DNA of 20,707 nt from an uncultured Gemmatimonadota bacterium (GTDB lineage Bacteria; SM23-81; DAOVCL01). The position numbers were made by a program, and so were the translations under genes. Of the stretch, positions 15,574-20,707 are shown one piece after another; the first letter of the stretch is position 1; the number at the start of each line of letters is the position of its first letter. Location: NCBI GenBank assembly GCA_964626665.1, contig CAZVGK010000041.1, forward strand, positions 1,487 through 22,193, in the 5' to 3' direction. The notes under the pieces are model-generated. The model worked only from the letters and a program-made list of their open reading frames with translations. It was not told where the DNA came from and made no database searches.

Positions 15574-16863
15574 GTGCCTTCCCCGGGGAGGATTGGCCTC
15601 CGCAGCTTCGGCTGTAAACTGAACCAGTTTGAGACGGAGTTCATTAGGGAGGAGTTCCTGCGGGCCGGTTACCTTGAGGTGGAATTCTCTCAGGTCGCGG
15701 ATCTCTATCTGGTCAACACCTGCTCGGTAACTTCCCAAAGCGACTACCATGCCCGCCAGGCCATCAGGAGGGCCCGCCGACTTTCCCCCTCCTCCCTGAT
15801 CATCGCCACTGGCTGCTACGCGCAGACCAACCCCGCGGCCCTCGCCGGGATCGCCGACCTTGTTTTGGGCAACCGAGAGAAGGCTGATGTCCTCCGTTAC
15901 CTCGGGGAGGTCAACTCCGGGGAAAAGGTCTACACCTCTCCCCCTTCTCAGTTTTCCACATTCCCCCCAATGGCCATAGGGGGTTTTCAGGGCCACACGC
16001 GGGCCTTCGTCAAAATACAGGACGGTTGCAGCACCCCCTGCAGCTTCTGCATCGTCCCCCTGGCCCGGGGGAGGGCGAGGTCCGCCCCCTTAGAGGCAAT
16101 CCTCTCCCAGATAGAATCCTTGACCCGGGCCGGATACCAGGAGGTGGTCCTTACCGGGGTGAACATCGGCTACTTAGGGCCTGACCTCATCGAGCTCCTC
16201 AAGAGGCTCGAGGGAAAGGATTATCCTCGGAGGGTGAGGCTCAGTTCCATTGAGCCCACGGATTTCACCCCGGAGCTCATCGACTTCGTGGCCAGCTCCT
16301 CCAAGGTCTGCCCCCATTTTCACATCCCCTTGCAGAGTGGGGATAAAGGGATTCTGCAGCTAATGAACCGACAATATGACCCAAAATTCTATGAGAACCT
16401 CATCTGGGAGTTAAACTCAAAGATCCCCTACGCGGGAATTGGCGCCGACATCCTGGTGGGTTTTCCGGGGGAGAAGGAGGAAGCCTTTCAAAATACCTAT
16501 CGGCTTGTGGAGAAGCTCCCTTTGGCCTACTTCCATGTCTTCTCCTACTCCCCGCGAAAGGGTACCCTCGCAGCCGAATTCCCGGATCAGGTCGACCCTC
16601 CAGTGAAAAAGAGGAGGTCCCTTCTAATGAGGAGGTTGGGGATGGAGAAGTGGCGTAGGTTCCGGGAGAGGTTTTTGGGCCAAACCCTGGATATCTTGGT
16701 GGAAAAGGGTAAAAGGGAAGGGGTGTATACCGGCCTGGCGGGTAATTATATCCGGGCATACATCAGGGGGGGGGAGAAATTGGAAAACAGGCTGGTCAAG
16801 GTGGAGGCCTCCGGCCTGCAGGAGAAGGGAGTTTGGGGGGAATTAATTGAGGGGGTAAGCTAA
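15574..16863 (+). CDS. mtaB: tRNA t6A37 methylthiotransferase MtaB
   Basis: GCKLNQFETE, NTCSVT, GCYAQ (UPF0004), KIQDGCSTPCSFC radical SAM motif, VLTGVNIG, RLSSIEP, HIPLQSG, TRAM-like end; GTG 15574 is 7 nt after AGGAGG (ORF track gives TTG 15568). Confidence 0.88.
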   Translation: MPSPGRIGLRSFGCKLNQFETEFIREEFLRAGYLEVEFSQVADLYLVNTCSVTSQSDYHARQAIRRARRLSPSSLIIATGCYAQTNPAALAGIADLVLGNREKADVLRYLGEVNSGEKVYTSPPSQFSTFPPMAIGGFQGHTRAFVKIQDGCSTPCSFCIVPLARGRARSAPLEAILSQIESLTRAGYQEVVLTGVNIGYLGPDLIELLKRLEGKDYPRRVRLSSIEPTDFTPELIDFVASSSKVCPHFHIPLQSGDKGILQLMNRQYDPKFYENLIWELNSKIPYAGIGADILVGFPGEKEEAFQNTYRLVEKLPLAYFHVFSYSPRKGTLAAEFPDQVDPPVKKRRSLLMRRLGMEKWRRFRERFLGQTLDILVEKGKREGVYTGLAGNYIRAYIRGGEKLENRLVKVEASGLQEKGVWGELIEGVS

Positions 16864-16864
16864 G

Positions 16865-17437
16865 ATGTCCGCCCATCGAGAAGTGATCGAGGATGCCTTT
16901 AACCAACAATTGAAAAGAATAGAGGACCCCTTGCTTCGCTCTAAGGTTGTGGACATCTGGGTTGCTACGGCAGAAAGGGGAGGATGGAAAGCTGTTGAGA
17001 TGGGCAAGATCCCCTTCACCCTACTGATCGATCCCAAGGGCATCAGCCTAATTGAGCACACGATTGCCGTTACGGAAGGGGCACTGGGGCTGGCTAAGGC
17101 AATGAAGGGGAACTACAGGCGGATGCCGTTTGAGATCAAATTTGACTGGCTCATTGCCGGTGGATTGCTCCACGATGTGGGGAAACTGCTGGAGATAGAG
17201 AGATCTGGCAGTGAATACCGCAGAAGCCACTCCGGCAGATGTGTTCGCCACCCCATCTCCGGGGCCATTGTTGTGGCCCAGGCAGGCCTGCCTGAGGAGA
17301 TCGTTAACATAGTTGCCTGTCATTCCAAGGAGGGGGAGGGCAGGCCCCAGAGAATCGAGACCGTCCTCATCCACCAGGCAGATTTTGCCCTCTACGATCC
17401 AATGGCGATGATGGAGAAGGGACTACTCATCACTTAG
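16865..17437 (+). CDS. HD/HDIG-domain metal-dependent phosphohydrolase
   Basis: EHT...LLHDVGK...RHPISGA...HS...HQAD pattern of HD superfamily ligands. Confidence 0.88.
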   Translation: MSAHREVIEDAFNQQLKRIEDPLLRSKVVDIWVATAERGGWKAVEMGKIPFTLLIDPKGISLIEHTIAVTEGALGLAKAMKGNYRRMPFEIKFDWLIAGGLLHDVGKLLEIERSGSEYRRSHSGRCVRHPISGAIVVAQAGLPEEIVNIVACHSKEGEGRPQRIETVLIHQADFALYDPMAMMEKGLLIT

Positions 17438-17477
17438 AGAGAGAATGCCCTCACGCAACGAAGCCACAACCAAAAAA

Positions 17478-18026
17478 AGCCACAGATTACACTGATTTCA
17501 CGGAAGAAACCGTTGGAGCCCGTGGCTTGTTACTCAGGGAGGCTTCGGGGGTTAGTCCGAATTGCTCACAAAAATCCGCCCAGTAGCTGAAAATTAACAA
17601 TAGCCGAGCGGTCAGATCCCCTGATCTGACCGGGGCAGAACAGGGGTTCTGCTACCTCGCTTTTGAGTATGGGTTATCCCCCACTCACAAGGAGACAGCA
17701 GATTATATAAAGCCATGGGAAATTTATGAATAGATCGGGTTGGGTATCTCCGTCATTTGGCATTAGGATTTTAGCATTGACTTAAGGCCTGCACTAAAAT
17801 GTGGGGGAAGTTGGAGATTGCTTCGGCTTGCCACTTCGCTGCCACTTAAGGCAAGCCTCGCAATGACAGGTAAAGGGTCCCGCCATTGCTCGCCCTGTTA
17901 GATATCAATAACATCTTGGCAAGAGCCAAAAATTATGGGACTTATCTAACAGGGCGAGGAGCAAGGCGACGGAACAATCTCATTATAGGTCATTTGTGTT
18001 CTATGGTTTCAGTGAAATCAGTGGCT
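17478..18026. mobile_element. Non-coding composite of nested MITE/REP-like elements bounded by imperfect inverted repeats
   Basis: Left agccacagattacactga (17478-17495) versus reverse complement of right tcagtgaaatcagtggct (18009-18026), 16/18 match; encloses hairpins cggtcagatc-ccct-gatctgaccg (17609-17632), gcagaac-aggg-gttctgc (17635-17652) and the element at 17814-17981; no ORF. Confidence 0.55.
17814..17981. repeat. Palindromic element copy 2 (related to 4388..4474) carrying internal insertions
   Basis: gagattgcttcg...ctcgcaatgacagg...cattgc...gaggagcaaggcgacggaacaatctc; interrupted by a 70-bp unit with perfect 16-bp IR ctcgccctgttagata/tatctaacagggcgag (17889-17958). Confidence 0.8.
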
Positions 18027-18069
18027 GCTGTTTGACACACCTAAGCCTTGTGGCTATTAAAGGGAGGAG

Positions 18070-19884
18070 ATGGGGAAGACCATAATCGAGAAGATCATTG
18101 AAGGGCATGCGGAGAGGGCAGTAAGCCCCGGCGATGTGGTTGATATGGGCATTGACCTGCGGATTGCCCGTGATTTTGGAGGGGCCAATGTGGTGAAGAA
18201 CATAGAAGCATATGGCCTGTCCATAGATGACCCCACCAAGACCATCTTCACCTTTGATTGTAACCCCGGGGGCTCTGATCAAAGGTATGCCCGCAACCAG
18301 CAAATCTGTAGGCTCTTTGCTCGTAAGACTGGAATCAAAGTCTATGACATAAACAGGGGCATTGGCACCCATCTGGCGATTGATGAGGGGCTAATCTGCC
18401 CGGGGGAGACTTTAATCTCCACGGATTCCCATGCTAACATAGTGGGGGCCATTGGTGCCCTGGGGCAAGGGATGGGGGACCAAGATATAGCCTACGCCTT
18501 TGCTCAGGGGACTGTCTGGTTCAAAGTTCCCCCCCCAGTGAAGATAAACCTTTTGGGTCAACCTTCGCCAACGGCCACGCCAAAGGATGTCGCCCTCGCT
18601 CTGCTTAGGGAGTTGGGGGCCAGTGGCCTGCTCGGTCTGGCAGCCGAATTTTATGGGGAATGGTTAGAGGAACTTGACCTCTCCGGAAGGATAACCATTG
18701 CCTCTATGGCCACCGAGATGGGTGGTATCTGCACCCTCTTCCCACCGTCAAAGCCAATTATCGATTACTGCAAAAAAACAAGCAAAAGGGATTTCACCCC
18801 CACCTATGCCGATGAGGACGCCACATATCTTCAGACTCTGGAGATAGATATTGATGATCTACAGCCCCTCATCTCCCGGCCCGGTCATCCGGAGGACGTC
18901 GTCCTCGTTGCTGAGGCGGTCGGAACGAAGATAGACTCAGCTTTCATTGGCTCCTGCACAAATGGCCGGTATGAGGATCTCCTCGCCGCGGCGCAGATCC
19001 TGCACCAGAGGAAGGTAGCTCCGGGAGTGGTCCTGAAGATAGTCCCCTCAACCGATAGGATCTGGCAACTATCCCTGGCCGAGGGATTGATCTCCACATT
19101 TAAGGAGGCCGGTGTCCTGGTAGGGAATGCCGGCTGTGCGGGCTGCGCCAACGGGCAGATAGGACAAAATGGGCCGGGAGAGGTAACCGTGAGCAGCGGC
19201 AACCGCAACTTCCGGGGCAAACAGGGGGAGGGAGATGTCTGGTTGGCCTCCCCAGCCACCGTTGCGGCCTCAGCCATCGCCGGCCACCTTACCACTGAGG
19301 ATAATATACCGGAAAAGCCCTCTGTCTTTGCGGGTGCAGGGTTCACCCGGGCCCAAAATAAAGGATCAGCCGCTAAGGTCGCTCCGGCCAAAAAGCCAAC
19401 AAAGATTAGGGGAAGGGTATGGGTCATTGAGCAGGACAACATCGATACGGATATGATCTACCACAACAGATACCTGGCTGTTACTGATATAGCCCAGATG
19501 GGTCAATATACCTTTAGCAACCTCGATGGTTGGGAGGACTTCCCCCAAAAGGCCAGACCGGACGATATCCTCGTTGTGGGGGGTAACTTCGGGTGTGGCT
19601 CAAGCAGGCAACAGGCAGTGGACTGCTTCCGAGCGCTTAAGCTCTCCGGGATAATAGCGAGATCATTTGGGGCCATCTATGAGAGAAATGCCATAAACAG
19701 TGGTTTCCCTATAATTGTCGCCCCGGGAATCAAGGAATTAAACCTGCGTAATGGGGACGGGGTTGAGGTTGACTTCCTCACTGGCCAAATTCAAAAGATG
19801 GGGACCGGCCAAACCACCAAAGCCCCCCCCTTCTCCCCCATTCAAATGGAGATCTACCAGCGAGGGGGACTCCTCAAAAGATAA
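18070..19884 (+). CDS. Aconitase-family dehydratase, fused LeuC(HacA)-like large and LeuD(HacB)-like small subunit
   Basis: MGKTIIEKI, TDSH, GSCTNGR, CAGC, NRNFRGKQG, LASPATVAASA; linker; then NIDTDMI, NFGCGSSRQQA, IIARSFGAIYERNAINSGFP, QRGGLL; GGGAGG RBS. Confidence 0.9.
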   Translation: MGKTIIEKIIEGHAERAVSPGDVVDMGIDLRIARDFGGANVVKNIEAYGLSIDDPTKTIFTFDCNPGGSDQRYARNQQICRLFARKTGIKVYDINRGIGTHLAIDEGLICPGETLISTDSHANIVGAIGALGQGMGDQDIAYAFAQGTVWFKVPPPVKINLLGQPSPTATPKDVALALLRELGASGLLGLAAEFYGEWLEELDLSGRITIASMATEMGGICTLFPPSKPIIDYCKKTSKRDFTPTYADEDATYLQTLEIDIDDLQPLISRPGHPEDVVLVAEAVGTKIDSAFIGSCTNGRYEDLLAAAQILHQRKVAPGVVLKIVPSTDRIWQLSLAEGLISTFKEAGVLVGNAGCAGCANGQIGQNGPGEVTVSSGNRNFRGKQGEGDVWLASPATVAASAIAGHLTTEDNIPEKPSVFAGAGFTRAQNKGSAAKVAPAKKPTKIRGRVWVIEQDNIDTDMIYHNRYLAVTDIAQMGQYTFSNLDGWEDFPQKARPDDILVVGGNFGCGSSRQQAVDCFRALKLSGIIARSFGAIYERNAINSGFPIIVAPGIKELNLRNGDGVEVDFLTGQIQKMGTGQTTKAPPFSPIQMEIYQRGGLLKR

Positions 19885-20019
19885 GGAGAAAATTTCTCAC
19901 AGATAATGATGTATATTTGACTGCGGATATACCTCCAAATCGTAGGGATATCCGCAACCAAGTGCGGATATAAACGAGTTATATGAAATGGCGGCATCCG
20001 TTACAAGGAGATGATAAAT

Positions 20020-20682
20020 ATGGCAAATAACAAAAAATATGTAGAACTGCTCTGGGCAGAGAAATATGACAAGTATGAGAAAGGGGAGAAAATACCAATA
20101 GAAAAACCAAATCTCCCATTTCAGGTTGTTGAAACTGTAAATAAGCCAAGATTAAAGGATTTAGAAGGAGGGCTTTTTGACCCTTCGCAATTTTATCCTG
20201 AAAACGAATATCCTAAGAGCTACCCAAAAGACTGGAAGAACCTTCTCATCTGGGGTGATAACAAACTTGTTATGAGTTCTCTGATTAAGCAAGGTTGGTC
20301 TGGAAAGATAAATCTGATTTACATTGACCCACCATTTTTCACAGGTTCAGATTTTACTATAAGAACAAAACTCGGGGACGAGAGAATAGAAAAAGAGCCG
20401 TCTATAATTGAAGAGCGGGCTTACAAAGATACCTGGAGTGGTGGGATTGCTTCTTATCTTAAATATATGTATGAGCGGCTGGGATTGATGAGAGATTTGC
20501 TGGCTGAGAATGGTTCTATTTACGTGCATTTAGACTGGCATGTGGGACATTATGTTAAAGTGATGATGGATGAGATTTTTGGAGCGGAGAATTATAGGAA
20601 TGAAATTGTTTGGTGTTATGGAGGCGGTGGTGCACCAAGAAGTTATTATCCACAGGGATTCCACCTTTTGGAAATAAATTAA
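20020..20682 (+). pseudogene. N-terminal part of an adenine DNA methyltransferase (type III Mod / beta-class), apparently truncated
   Basis: NLLIWGDN, INLIYIDPPF catalytic motif, YKDTW, GSIYVHLDWH, MDEIFG.ENYRNEIVWCY; stop at 20682 before any TRD or FxGSGT SAM-binding motif; AT-richer than neighbours. ATG 20020 has an AGGAG RBS. Confidence 0.7.
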
Positions 20683-20707
20683 ACATTGAAAATGCTAAGA
20701 TGGTGGC

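Noticed and set aside
15280-15996. Long antisense ORFs (also 294..971, 3191..3808, 5716..6180, 18885..19442)
   Set aside because: Shadows of well-supported genes on the opposite strand, with no motifs or RBS.

Overview
Bacterial chromosomal window of moderate GC, probably from an anaerobe; the gene content resembles FCB-associated candidate phyla, but that is inference only. In order: (1) a lipid-type cluster of two tandem near-identical radical SAM/SPASM genes (the first cut by the window edge), a UPF0104/LPG-synthase-TM flippase-like gene and a Bacteroides-type serine palmitoyltransferase; (2) an intergenic region full of nested palindromic repeats; (3) a compact minus-strand regulatory module: sigma70 promoter -> small signal-peptide-bearing protein -> ~1000-aa TPR/GAF-like/sigma54-activator -> consensus sigma54 promoter -> ~110-nt ORF-less structured transcript -> intrinsic terminator. 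This module is the best candidate for an undescribed system (peptide-signal / TPR-receptor / sRNA circuit); (4) a divergent housekeeping run HNH-trpS-scpA-scpB-rluB-cmk-plsC, then rpsA-mtaB-HD protein; (5) a second nested-repeat region; (6) a fused LeuC-LeuD-type aconitase-family dehydratase with atypical motifs; (7) an AT-richer, apparently truncated type III Mod-like DNA methyltransferase at the right edge. All calls come from reading motifs by eye; no searches were run.
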